A stretch of DNA of 64,000 nt from a virus (taxonomy: Duplodnaviria > Caudoviricetes). The stretch is from the IMG/VR virus record IMGVR_UViG_3300037047_000246; one strand, 5' to 3'. Made by a program: the position numbers and the translations under genes. The notes below the pieces were generated by a model. That model was not told where the DNA came from and ran no database searches. It was given only the letters and a program-made list of their open reading frames with translations. Shown piece by piece: positions 18,746-28,309 of this stretch (the first letter of the stretch is position 1; every line of letters starts with the position of its first letter).

Positions 18746-19220
18746 CGTCGCAGCTGGCGCCCAAGACCAGTGCGAGGGACCGCAAGAGCTGTGCGCTCAA
18801 GTGCTCCAGCTCAAATCTGAGCTGGAATCGCATAAGCAAAACGCCGAGTCTGGCGCCAAAGACAGCGCGGCGGCTCTGCGAGCTCAGCAACAGTACCAAG
18901 AAACTAAGGCAATCCAGTTCGTGGGTGCCATGAGCACCCTGGCTGTCGTACTGAAGATACTGCTGAGCCTGCTGGCGAACTGGAAGGATACCCTGTTCAA
19001 GAGCGACCGCGGCAAAGCAGCCATACGCATCGCCATCCTTGTTGTTACGCTGTGCATCTTTTTGGCCACGAACATGGGCTTCGGCATACCATGGTGGCAG
19101 GCCATGATTCTTGCAGCTGGCGGTCCGTTGTCGATGGTGCTGCACGAAATGATGAAACTAGTGCCGGTGGTGCGCGGCAAGTCTAAGATGCCGGACGAAG
19201 AAGCCGCGCCTCAGGCGTGA
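18699..19220 (+). CDS. membrane protein with signal peptide, coiled coil and 2-3 TM helices (holin-like candidate)
   Basis: AGGAGG SD; MKTFPISVLIAILTFTVAAGA signal; hydrophobic C-terminal segments. Confidence 0.7.
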   Translation: MKTFPISVLIAILTFTVAAGAQDQCEGPQELCAQVLQLKSELESHKQNAESGAKDSAAALRAQQQYQETKAIQFVGAMSTLAVVLKILLSLLANWKDTLFKSDRGKAAIRIAILVVTLCIFLATNMGFGIPWWQAMILAAGGPLSMVLHEMMKLVPVVRGKSKMPDEEAAPQA

Positions 19221-20527
19221 TCGTGAGGCTTGCAGGCAACAGGCCTGCTGCATGTAGGACAACTCGGGATTGAAGACAGATCTGCCAAAACCGAGTCCAA
19301 ATCTTTGTCTGTTTGCTTTTGTTGCACTTTAAGTTCAGCCACTTCCCGCTGCAGCTGCAGCATCTCCGCCATTGCAGCCTTTGCTTTTGACACCCCGGAC
19401 AGCTGCGAGGAAAGGTTTGGATCTGGCGGCACAGACGCTTCCGCGTCCAGCGTATTCACAGAGTGGCGCAAACCGGACAGGCTCTTGTGCAGCACTTTTG
19501 CAGCGGCCACTCTCGCTATGTCACAACTGTCGGGGGGCTGAGGCAGATCGATTTCGCCGATTGCTTCGAGCGTCTGCACAGTCTGCTTCAGCTGCCTCAG
19601 CCCGGAGTACTTCTTGATTCGCAGCCACGCTTCGTGCTCCTTCGCAGGCACGTCCGGCAAAAACAGCATTTTTGTGCCCCTCAAAGCGATGATGGCGCGG
19701 GCTGCCTCCTCCAGTCGCCTGAGTCTGGACTTCATTTCAAGTGTATTGGCTACCTGGTCTGCCATCCCGTTGTGGGGGATGGATACCGCGCCCACAGGCC
19801 CGAGCACGTCCACCAAAACAGAGAGTTTGGAAATCGACTCTAGAAGCTCCTTGGCTCTAGTTACCTTGTCTCCGTACTCGTTGATTGAGTCGTGCTGGTG
19901 CTCCAGCTCTTTGACTATCGTTTCCAGCTCAGGCAAGTTGCCGACCTTGGCCAAATTGGACTCGCATTGCTCAACTTCGGCTTCGGCCGATTTCAGGTCT
20001 TCCAGCGATTTGCGCTTGCCCTTCAAACCAAGCGATATTGCATCCTGCAGAACGTTCAGCCCTGATATTTCAGATATGAACTGCGTTATGGTCGGCCCGC
20101 CTTCGTCGAGCAAAAACAATGGGCTCCACTGAGACGCATACCACGGATGCATTTCTCTGTCGCCAATGCGCACTGCGCCGAATCCGAACTTGCCAATCGG
20201 CTCTGGCGGCTTTTGGCCCACATTTTCCAGTTTCTCCGGGCGCCCATCTATGCAATACCGATTCAGCCCTTTCTCCGCTTTCTCCCACAGAAACCCCCAC
20301 GGTTTCCCGTCGGCCTCGGAAGAGATGCGCACAGAGCATGATTTGGATCCGGTGCGCACCAGGTTGGTGACTGGTTTGTTGAGCAAAGCGCCGGAAATCG
20401 CCCGCAGGATGCTAGATTTGCCTATGTTGGTAGGGCCTGTAATGCATGTGAACCCGGCTATCTCGATGTCGAGATCTGCTATCGACTGATAGTTCTTGAT
20501 TGTCACGCGGACTGGATGCAGTTTCAT
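19211..20527 (-). CDS. SbcC/Rad50-like ATPase N-terminal half ending in a zinc hook
   Basis: IKNYQSI...GPTNIGKSS Walker A, Q-loop SQW, coiled coil, terminal CPTC; no signature or Walker B half. Confidence 0.82.
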   Translation of the reverse strand: MKLHPVRVTIKNYQSIADLDIEIAGFTCITGPTNIGKSSILRAISGALLNKPVTNLVRTGSKSCSVRISSEADGKPWGFLWEKAEKGLNRYCIDGRPEKLENVGQKPPEPIGKFGFGAVRIGDREMHPWYASQWSPLFLLDEGGPTITQFISEISGLNVLQDAISLGLKGKRKSLEDLKSAEAEVEQCESNLAKVGNLPELETIVKELEHQHDSINEYGDKVTRAKELLESISKLSVLVDVLGPVGAVSIPHNGMADQVANTLEMKSRLRRLEEAARAIIALRGTKMLFLPDVPAKEHEAWLRIKKYSGLRQLKQTVQTLEAIGEIDLPQPPDSCDIARVAAAKVLHKSLSGLRHSVNTLDAEASVPPDPNLSSQLSGVSKAKAAMAEMLQLQREVAELKVQQKQTDKDLDSVLADLSSIPSCPTCSRPVACKPHDHA

Positions 20528-20538
20528 GTCCGCCTCCG

Positions 20539-21876
20539 TCAAACCATGTCAGCCGTGATTTCAGATACTCCTGCGGCCACGCCGTCTTCTTCAACCTCAC
20601 CATCTTCGTTTACGGACACGCCGTCTGCATTCACAACTTCGCCGCCATCGTCCGACTCGTAGTCTTCGTCGTCCCCTTCGCGCTTAGTGACTGCGTCCTC
20701 GGCCAGCTGCGCTAGCTGTTCGTCGTCCAGCACCTTAAAGCCTTGCAAGATGTTCTCGACGCATCCGTTGACCAACTCGTCGGTCAACTTGAGCTTGGTC
20801 ATTTCCATCCGGAAACGCTCAATTCCGACCACCTCGACCTTTTGGCCGCCGGCAGACGAGTACGAGTAGGTCTCTTGCCTCTTGGCGTTCTTGCCGATCT
20901 TGATGAGCTTATATGCCTGCGCAACGTTCAACATGGTGCGCAGCTCGTCGATGCCGACGCCGTACCGGATTGTGATGAGCCCAGCATGACCCTGGGTCGC
21001 ATCGATCTTGTTTTTGATCATCTTGACTTCGATGTCGGTCGAAATCTGCACATCTTCCATGCTGCGCGTCAGCGGGTTCCACAACTTGGCTTTAGCTGAC
21101 ATGCGCGGCTTCAGCATCATGCGCACGCTTGCCCAGAATTTCAGGGCGTTGCCGCCGGTCGTGGACTTGAGGGCTTCCTCGCTCTTGGCAAATTTGGACA
21201 CGCCAATCTTGTCTCTGGTCTGATTCAGAAACATGCAGTGCGTGCCCGTCCTGGCAATGATGCTCTGGAGTTTGGGCATCCACTGAGACATCAGGCGAGG
21301 AATTTCCGCCACGCCCATCTTCTCGTCTTCATTGGACGTGTCTCGCTTGATTTCGCGACTGGACACCAGACCAGCCACGGAGTCTATGACGATGAAGTCC
21401 ACGCCCTGCAAACAAGCGTTCATCACCAGGGCCTCAGTCTCCTCGAACGTGTGCGGCTGGACCCGGATGGCGCGGCCCTCACCGCCAACTTCTGGCGGTC
21501 GGAAATCTACGCCTAACTTCATGGCATAGTGGTCCTGCACTGCGCATTCGAGATCGACGTACAAGCCGCAGCCGTCTTCTCCTCCCCGACGGAGAGCATG
21601 TGCCATGGCTGTCATGGCGATGGTGGACTTGCCTGAGCTCTCGCGACCAAATACCTCAGAAATCTTGCCTCGGGGCCATCCAGGGCACACAAAGGTGCCG
21701 TCCGGCAATCTGGTTCCGCCAATCAGCAAGTTCAGGATGGTGCTGCCGGTCGGCGTGTAGTCCTGCTGAAACTTCGGCGTGACGAACACCCCCCTGATAT
21801 TTGTCCGCTTTTCGATGGACTCGGTGAATTTCTTGAGCTTGGGATGAAGTTTGACTGCGGCTGCCGATTTCGCCAT
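20539..21876 (-). CDS. recA: RecA-family recombinase with acidic tail
   Basis: GWPRGKISEVFGRESSGKST, FIVIDSVAGL, FLNQTRDKIG, TTGGNALKFWASVR, KNK. Confidence 0.95.
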   Translation of the reverse strand: MAKSAAAVKLHPKLKKFTESIEKRTNIRGVFVTPKFQQDYTPTGSTILNLLIGGTRLPDGTFVCPGWPRGKISEVFGRESSGKSTIAMTAMAHALRRGGEDGCGLYVDLECAVQDHYAMKLGVDFRPPEVGGEGRAIRVQPHTFEETEALVMNACLQGVDFIVIDSVAGLVSSREIKRDTSNEDEKMGVAEIPRLMSQWMPKLQSIIARTGTHCMFLNQTRDKIGVSKFAKSEEALKSTTGGNALKFWASVRMMLKPRMSAKAKLWNPLTRSMEDVQISTDIEVKMIKNKIDATQGHAGLITIRYGVGIDELRTMLNVAQAYKLIKIGKNAKRQETYSYSSAGGQKVEVVGIERFRMEMTKLKLTDELVNGCVENILQGFKVLDDEQLAQLAEDAVTKREGDDEDYESDDGGEVVNADGVSVNEDGEVEEDGVAAGVSEITADMV

Positions 21877-21905
21877 AATGCCTCCAGGTGTTATAATACA
21901 CTCGT

Positions 21906-22628
21906 TCAGCCTTCAAGCGTCTTGGCCTGGTCGGCCTCCAGCCACCTGACGAGCATCGAGTTGATGTCGGATTTGGTCGGCAAATCCACCGACCCCTCGG
22001 GAACCCGCGAAAACTCGAAGAACCTGGAGTTTTCGCGGAACACGTGAGCCGTCTTGCGCAGCGACAGAGACCCGTCCGAGCGCTTGCGCTTCTTGGTTCG
22101 AGTCAGAAATGCTGATCGCTCATTGTCGGACAGGTCTTCGGGAGCCAGCATGCCTGCTCGGACTTCCATGAATCGGGCGGCGAACCGGGCGATGCAGTAC
22201 GCGTCCGCCTCGTTATTGTCTATGGTGCCGGACGACATGGTGTCGAGCTGCACGAATCGCTGCATATCCGACTTGGCGAATGTAGACTTGCCCACCATGT
22301 ATTTGACTGTGGTCGGATCGAACAGCACGCAGTCGCGGCGCCGAGCGAATATGGCCTCCAGCGAAAACATCATCAGCCCGAAGTGATTCTCGCTGAAGGG
22401 GCCACCCCCGAACGCCGGCGATTCTATCCCGACCGCCCGGACCTCGTAGCGGCGCAGCAGATCTGCCACCAGCGACCGGAAATGCATGAATCGGGCGACC
22501 GGCACGGTGAGCGGCAAAGTGCCCTCATGGCCTGACGCGACCCGGCGCAAGCGCGGGTCTTTCGCCTGGCTGTCGTATACGCACCATCCGTAGGCTTTTA
22601 GTGATGGGTCAAGACCGAGTGTTAGCAT
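21906..22628 (-). CDS. ruvC: RuvC-like Holliday junction resolvase
   Basis: LGLDPSLKAYG (D7), VGIESP (E), NNEADAYCIA (DA); located next to recA. Confidence 0.88.
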   Translation of the reverse strand: MLTLGLDPSLKAYGWCVYDSQAKDPRLRRVASGHEGTLPLTVPVARFMHFRSLVADLLRRYEVRAVGIESPAFGGGPFSENHFGLMMFSLEAIFARRRDCVLFDPTTVKYMVGKSTFAKSDMQRFVQLDTMSSGTIDNNEADAYCIARFAARFMEVRAGMLAPEDLSDNERSAFLTRTKKRKRSDGSLSLRKTAHVFRENSRFFEFSRVPEGSVDLPTKSDINSMLVRWLEADQAKTLEG

Positions 22629-22631
22629 GTA

Positions 22632-24410
22632 ATGTCTGAGGTGACCATGATGATGACACTAGTCCGCGGGGTTCGATATGGCAGTCTAGAATACATCGGT
22701 GACACAGTCACCATCGGCGAGCGTAGCGCCAAAAAACTAACATTCGCGTGCGACTGCGGGCAACGCACGGAGGTAATGCTGCGCAATGTCGTGCTTGGCA
22801 AAAGCAAATCGTGCGGAAGATGCACAGCGCGGCTCATCAAAACGGGAGACGTGTTTGGTGATCTTACATGGGTGGGTTCCGATGCCTACGTCCAACCGGA
22901 AAGCCAAAAGCAACATCCTTTCCAGTGCAAGTGCGGTCGAGTTAAAAGCATGCGCTTGTTCACGGTCCTGAGGGGGCGGGCCAAAACCTGCGGATTATGC
23001 AACTCGATGGTATTGGCCACAGGCGACAGAGTCCACAGCTTCGAGTATGTCGGGCCTACGGTTGAAATACATGCCGGGTCCAACAAGAGACTCTCGTTCC
23101 AATGCAGCTGCGGGCACACGACGTTCCGTCGCTTTAAGAGCATACGAGCCGAGTCCACATGTGGGCACTGTCGAGACGTGTCGTTGAGTCCAGGCGATCC
23201 ATACAAAAACTTCGTGTATGCAGGCACGCACCCCGTGATCGTCGGGATGTGTAGCAAGAAGAAACTCTTGTTTCAATGCAAATGTGGCAATACCAAGGCA
23301 ATCAGTGTCAATCTAATCACCAGTGGTGATGTTGTGTCGTGCACTGAATGCTATGCGAGGGTCCGCACTGCGTACGCACAGCATCTGGACATGCTTCGCT
23401 CGATAAAATGCCCGATTGACCAGGATGGATTCCCCGAGGGCCTCCCAAGACCTTTGGAAGCCATCAGGAACGTCACAGACTCGTTCGCAATGCCCTGCCC
23501 CGCGTGCGGTCGGATTTACCGACCAAGGCTCAACGACCTGAAACGTCTGAAGTGTTTGACATGCGGATGCACAAATAACGTAGTATCAGGTCAGAATCTA
23601 CAACTGGCGGAGTTCATCCGCGGTCTCGGCTTCACACCCATACAAGAACATCCGATTGGCGGGAAGGTTTTTGACCTATATGTGCCAGAGGCTAGCCTTC
23701 TGGTGGAACTTCAAGGCATCCGGTGGCACTCGAAGCCAGGCAGCGCCGAACGCGAAGGTGCCAAGTATGAGATTGCCAAAGCGTCCGGGAGCACATCGCT
23801 CTGGATATATGAAGACGAATGGAAGCACAGGCGCCGAGCCATCGAGTCGATTGTTGCGCATAAACTTGGCATAAAACCTGATTTCAGGTTGAGACCAAAG
23901 AGCTGCGACATAAGACTGGTGACCAGTAGTGAAGCCAATGCCCTGTACGACGAGTTCCATTACATAGGCCGGTGTGCGTCTCCGTTTAACATCGCTGCTT
24001 TCTATGATGGTCAGATGGTGGCCGCCATGTCATTCAGGAAGCCGTCCAGACAGAGCAAGCATAGCTATGAGATGTCTCGAATGGTCATGAGGCCCAGGTT
24101 CAGAATACACGGGATATGGTCCAAGTTTATGGCCGAATTCCGTGCAACCCACCCGCACTCAAGCATCGTGGCCTACTCGGACAACCGGCTATTTGACGGC
24201 CACACGTACCGAGCAATAGGGTTTACTTATGATGGTGACGTGAAACGCGATTATTATTGGGCGCGCGGCGGTCATCGCTATCACAAGTCAGCGTTGCGCA
24301 AATCCGCTGGCTGTGTCGTGACTGAGAACGCCCTGAGGACCTCGCAGGGGTTTGCGAAGATATGGGACCTAGGCAAAAAGAGGTGGATTCTCGCGTCAAC
24401 CCCAGCGTAA
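22632..24410 (+). mobile_element. Free-standing Hef-like homing endonuclease gene, copy 2, inserted antisense into the ruvC 5' end
   Basis: Four CxCG...CGxC repeats, FDLYVP...LVELQGIRWHS, AYSDNRLFDG..Y..IGF...KRDYYW, KIWDLGKKRW. Start may be 22632 or 22647. Confidence 0.78.
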
Positions 24411-24515
24411 GCATTTTGCCAAACTTACGGCGATGAGCCAGCTAAATAAATGCACACAGGCCACGATAGCCACGATGGCCAGAAAGCGCCACCCGCGGCC
24501 CTCGAGACTCGCCAT
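24396..24515 (-). CDS. possible 39-aa membrane peptide
   Basis: MASLEGRGWRFLAIVAIVACVHLFSWLIAVSLAKCLRWG; below the ORF-track length cutoff. Confidence 0.3.
   Translation of the reverse strand: MASLEGRGWRFLAIVAIVACVHLFSWLIAVSLAKCLRWG
24397..24414 (-). pseudogene. Orphan ruvC 5' remnant (MLTLGL)
   Basis: ATG CTT ACG CTG GGG TTG encodes the same six residues as the ruvC start; CGTAAG box lies 9 nt upstream. Confidence 0.8.
24424..24429 (-). promoter_or_regulatory. YGTA(A/T)N promoter box, original ruvC start
   Basis: CGTAAG, 9 nt before ATG 24414. Confidence 0.55.
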
Positions 24516-24762
24516 CAACCCCAGGGCTGTCGCACGCCAGCAGCAGCGCAATAAGAATGGATGCCAACTCCCTCCTCGAGAGGGGATGACCGCTAGGCGT
24601 TCATGTCTCGTGACGCTGGCTCACCCGCTTGGCAAACTCCACCATCGTGAGCTTTGTTAGCTCAGTATAGCGGCGTCCAGATGCAGTGTGAGTTTGGCAG
24701 TAGGTGGTCCAAGCGGGAGGCTTGGTAGATACGAATCGAACTACCAAGTGAACCGATATTCG

Positions 24763-25656
24763 CTAGGTGAGAAGATCTGAATACGACGACACCAGCTTAG
24801 GCGCTTCAGCCTGGGCGCCAGACGAAATCTGAGCAGAACCGCCGCCACCGCCGCCCAACTGCTGCAGCTTCTCCATCAGCTTGTCTCGCGTCATTTCGAA
24901 GCCGAGGTTCTGCTGCACGTACTTGTAAGCGCGCAGCCCCTGATCCAGCACCCAAGCGCGGGTTTCAGGGTCGCAGTCTTCTCGAGCCCAGAACGCGGTG
25001 GAGGCCGCTTCGATTTGCTGCTTCTGGAACTTGGGATCGCCGTCCAGCGTCACGCGCAGGTCGATGACCTCCCGCTTGTCGTTGCGCGCGTCGGTGTACG
25101 CTGCCTCGAGCTTCTTGAACTTCTTGGCCGACATGGCCCACACGTAGAAATTCGTGTATTTGCGCATCTTGAGCAAATCGGCGTCGACCTGGCCCTTGTC
25201 GTCAATCGGATAGGTCATGATGATGCAGCCGACCTTCTGATCCGCATCGCCAAACTTGTTGCAGCACATTTCCGGCTGTACCATCGTCTGGCCCTCGTAC
25301 TTGCTCAGGCAACGGATGGTGCCGACCCCTTCAGAATAGTGGGTATACGCCATCGAGAACTTGGGCCTGGCGATGTCCAGGCGCTCGCCTTCGGTCAGCT
25401 TGTCCACGGCCTTGCCGAGCTTCTCTGCCAGCTTGGCGTCGATCTTTGCATTGTACTGAGACTTCTCTTCGTCAGTCAGCGGCCGCCCGGCTTCAAGCGC
25501 CTTCTTGGCGAGAATGCCGTCGTGGTGGCGCTTAAAAGACACGATGGTGACGCGGTGCTTCTCGCCGGGGCGGGTCTGCTTGAAAGTTTCGACCCCAACC
25601 ACCTTGATGACCTTGGCATCGTCGAATCCGAATTCCATCACACTTGAGTCACTCAT
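24763..25656 (-). CDS. probable single-stranded DNA-binding protein (gp32-like)
   Basis: Position next to ruvC/recA, Cys cluster (IRCL...MCC...GCI), aromatic YVW, Gly-rich linker and short acidic tail; AGAGGT SD. Confidence 0.55.
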   Translation of the reverse strand: MSDSSVMEFGFDDAKVIKVVGVETFKQTRPGEKHRVTIVSFKRHHDGILAKKALEAGRPLTDEEKSQYNAKIDAKLAEKLGKAVDKLTEGERLDIARPKFSMAYTHYSEGVGTIRCLSKYEGQTMVQPEMCCNKFGDADQKVGCIIMTYPIDDKGQVDADLLKMRKYTNFYVWAMSAKKFKKLEAAYTDARNDKREVIDLRVTLDGDPKFQKQQIEAASTAFWAREDCDPETRAWVLDQGLRAYKYVQQNLGFEMTRDKLMEKLQQLGGGGGGSAQISSGAQAEAPKLVSSYSDLLT

Positions 25657-25740
25657 TGTCTCTACCTCTTTGTTGAACGCTTTGGACTTTTGGCCATTTG
25701 GCCGTTGATGCAGACACTTTACAATTGAAAGGCGCCGCTG

Positions 25741-26598
25741 CTAAACATCGTCAAACAGCATAGGCGCCACTGGCTCGACCACGTCGTCGTCGTAAGCCGG
25801 TTTGCGCACTGGCTCCTGCTGGGCGGAGTCACGTGGCCCAATAACAGCCCGATCTTTAATCTGGTCCTGAGGCGGCTTTGAGCTGAAGAAGTCAGCGATC
25901 TGCTGCGCGTGCATCTCGTCCATTGGCTCCGGCATGTCCGCCGGCCTTTTTTCCGGGTCGAGCAAGTCCTTCGGGTCTATTGCGCCCGGGGACACCGGCG
26001 GCGGCATGCCGTCAGGCACCGATCTGTCCTGTCTGGCCTGCGGCTTGCTATATCCATGCTGACCGGCCATTTGCGCATCAGCGTCGTCTCTGACTAGCTG
26101 GCGCTGAGACTTTACGTCCGCGTTAGTTCTGATCAGGTCTTGGTGCTTCAGTTTGACAATCTTGTACGTTTCTGCGGCGTCGAGCAGTTCCAAACGCAAG
26201 GCGGACAGGTTGTCATGCTCCGGTCTGAGCAGCATGGTGGCCAGCGCCTTGCGGTCTTCTATCGATGGCTGCTTGCGCACTTCCGGGTCGTCGGCCAACT
26301 TCTGAGCAAGCTTCAGTTCAAGGTCCAGCTCCATCTGGCGGGTTTCCACCGTGAGCTCCTTGACCTGCTTGCCTATGGTCTGCATGTAGTATATGACCCT
26401 ATTGAGGTATTTGCGACACAGAGCGACGCGACTGTTCAAATACCTGACCCCCAGGTCCGGCAAAGTCGGATCTTCAGCCAATTCGACTTCGAATGCCGCA
26501 ATCTCTTCAAGAATAACCGAGAACTGGTCCGCCGTATACTTCATGGGTATGCGCATCAGTGGTGGCAGAGGTTGAAACGGCCGCAGGGCTGCAGTCAC
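25741..26598 (-). CDS. coiled-coil protein, possible UvsY-like recombination mediator
   Basis: Helical coiled-coil N-terminal two thirds next to ssb; family call is inference only. Confidence 0.4.
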   Translation of the reverse strand: MTAALRPFQPLPPLMRIPMKYTADQFSVILEEIAAFEVELAEDPTLPDLGVRYLNSRVALCRKYLNRVIYYMQTIGKQVKELTVETRQMELDLELKLAQKLADDPEVRKQPSIEDRKALATMLLRPEHDNLSALRLELLDAAETYKIVKLKHQDLIRTNADVKSQRQLVRDDADAQMAGQHGYSKPQARQDRSVPDGMPPPVSPGAIDPKDLLDPEKRPADMPEPMDEMHAQQIADFFSSKPPQDQIKDRAVIGPRDSAQQEPVRKPAYDDDVVEPVAPMLFDDV

Positions 26599-26807
26599 TT
26601 TGAACTTACAGCAGCAAGGGACTCTGGCGACAACCTATATCCGCCAACTGTTCGATTTGTGGAGTCCACGTCCATCCCAGTGCGCTTGTCGTATCTTGAG
26701 AACTCGGTCACGACTAGCGTTTTGGTGACCCTAACTATTTGTTCGCGGCGCCGAGGATGGGTCTTGTACAACCCATGTCCGACAGTTTCCACCCATTGGA
26801 CGCTCAT
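26595..26807 (-). CDS. hypothetical protein
   Basis: ATGA-coupled 70-aa ORF MSVQWVETV. Confidence 0.6.
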   Translation of the reverse strand: MSVQWVETVGHGLYKTHPRRREQIVRVTKTLVVTEFSRYDKRTGMDVDSTNRTVGGYRLSPESLAAVSSK

Positions 26808-27370
26808 CCAGACGTCTCCCCGCCGGCCATAAGACTGAGCACTGCGTCGACCAGTCTTATGCGCTCTTGCATGGACGGCGTGTTGATTTGGAAATACCTC
26901 AGTCCCCACATTTCCAGCATGAATTTGACCATGGCGTCTATCCGTATGAGCTCTTCCCACTCGACTTTCTCTCGGACGCCGTCGTTGTTCATTACACTCA
27001 TGGCTGGCCTGATGAAGAAAACCGCCACATCCTTTGATCGCAGCTTTGCCACATACTCGTCCAGACAAGGGTCCTTCAGCATCTGGCGCAGCACCGTCGC
27101 ATGGCTGCACGCATAGGCAAGGTTGTCAAAACTCCTGTCGGACACGAAGTGTTCTTTGCCTCGCTCCTCCAGGAACTGTTTTTCGAGTATCTCTCTCTGA
27201 TAGGCATTGGCAACTTGCATGTCAGAGCGAAGCGCCTCTAGCGTCAGCTCTTTCTCGGCCAAAAGCAAACGAGCCACTTCTGTCAACAGAGGCAAGCCGT
27301 ACTGATGCGCAGCATACCTGGCCATTGTTGTCTTGCCGGTGCTGTGCGCCCCCACAAAATATATGCGCAT
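26804..27370 (-). CDS. AAA_28/NadR-type P-loop nucleotide kinase-like protein
   Basis: IYFVGAHSTGKTT Walker A; VSDRSFDNLAY. Confidence 0.8.
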   Translation of the reverse strand: MRIYFVGAHSTGKTTMARYAAHQYGLPLLTEVARLLLAEKELTLEALRSDMQVANAYQREILEKQFLEERGKEHFVSDRSFDNLAYACSHATVLRQMLKDPCLDEYVAKLRSKDVAVFFIRPAMSVMNNDGVREKVEWEELIRIDAMVKFMLEMWGLRYFQINTPSMQERIRLVDAVLSLMAGGETSG

Positions 27371-27457
27371 GAACTTTCCAGTGCAACAAAATGGTCGCAC
27401 CGAGCGACACTAGATCAAAACAATACGCTTGCCATGTCTGGAACGAACCATGGGTGC

Positions 27458-28285
27458 TTACGCATTCATAATATCTTCGACTGTCGTGTTTTCCGGATGA
27501 CGCAGAACATGCAGCGGACCGTCATAATCCACTAGCCAGCACAGATCTGGGTGGCAAGCGACGTCTGCGAACAGCATCGGTTGACCGTCTACCACCATTT
27601 CTGCGCTCATCAGGCGCACTATTTGCGAATAGTCCACATGCTTTGTGTTGTGGGCTGTGCCGACGGTCTGCCACATGTAGCCGCCGCCAGGACTCCTGAA
27701 AGGACCGTTCTTCGGCGCAGCCGGGTTCGGCCTGGCTTTTGTGTGCCATCCGTAGTTGGCCGCCAGTCCAGGCTTGCCGGCCAACCTGTTCGTCAGCACC
27801 CAGTCTTTGCCTACGCCAGAGACCAAGCCGAGCTGCTGTCGACCCACCATCTCCAGTGTGCCAGGCTCGGGCCAGTGTTTGGTCGCCGCCAGCACGGCGT
27901 CAGTCACAGCCTGGCTGTGCCTGACCATGCGGCTGGTGTATCCCATTTTGGAGTCAGGCGTCTGGGTGCGAGGCTCAATCTGAACGCGGGACTGGGCGCG
28001 TATCAAGTCAGCTATCTTCGGCGTGATGAGCGACATTCGCAACAAATCTGCGATGCTCTGCTCGCCTCGCATCGTGGCATTGACGCGCAAGAAATCGTCC
28101 GGCTCGCCAAGCATCAAGGCGTCGGCCATGACAAACACCTTGGCCACGTGCCCTTTCCACGAGGACTCGATCTCCACCATCTTGGGCTCAATGTAGTGAC
28201 CAAGCCCGATGAAATTGATGATTTTAGCTTCCCGCTTCGAAGTAGGCTCTTCAGGAAGCTCTGCGACGATTTCGGATGCCTTCAT
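27458..28285 (-). CDS. hypothetical protein (carries C-terminal tag VEDIMNA)
   Basis: 275-aa ORF; HVDYSQIVRLM motif. Confidence 0.75.
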   Translation of the reverse strand: MKASEIVAELPEEPTSKREAKIINFIGLGHYIEPKMVEIESSWKGHVAKVFVMADALMLGEPDDFLRVNATMRGEQSIADLLRMSLITPKIADLIRAQSRVQIEPRTQTPDSKMGYTSRMVRHSQAVTDAVLAATKHWPEPGTLEMVGRQQLGLVSGVGKDWVLTNRLAGKPGLAANYGWHTKARPNPAAPKNGPFRSPGGGYMWQTVGTAHNTKHVDYSQIVRLMSAEMVVDGQPMLFADVACHPDLCWLVDYDGPLHVLRHPENTTVEDIMNA

Positions 28286-28309
28286 GCTGGAAGCGGCGCC
28301 ATCACAGCT

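Noticed and set aside
22611-24396. Group I or II intron interrupting ruvC
   Set aside because: No U-ending 5' exon plus omega-G 3' end reconstitutes the frame, no intron core is visible, the ORF is antisense, and ruvC already has a complete start downstream.
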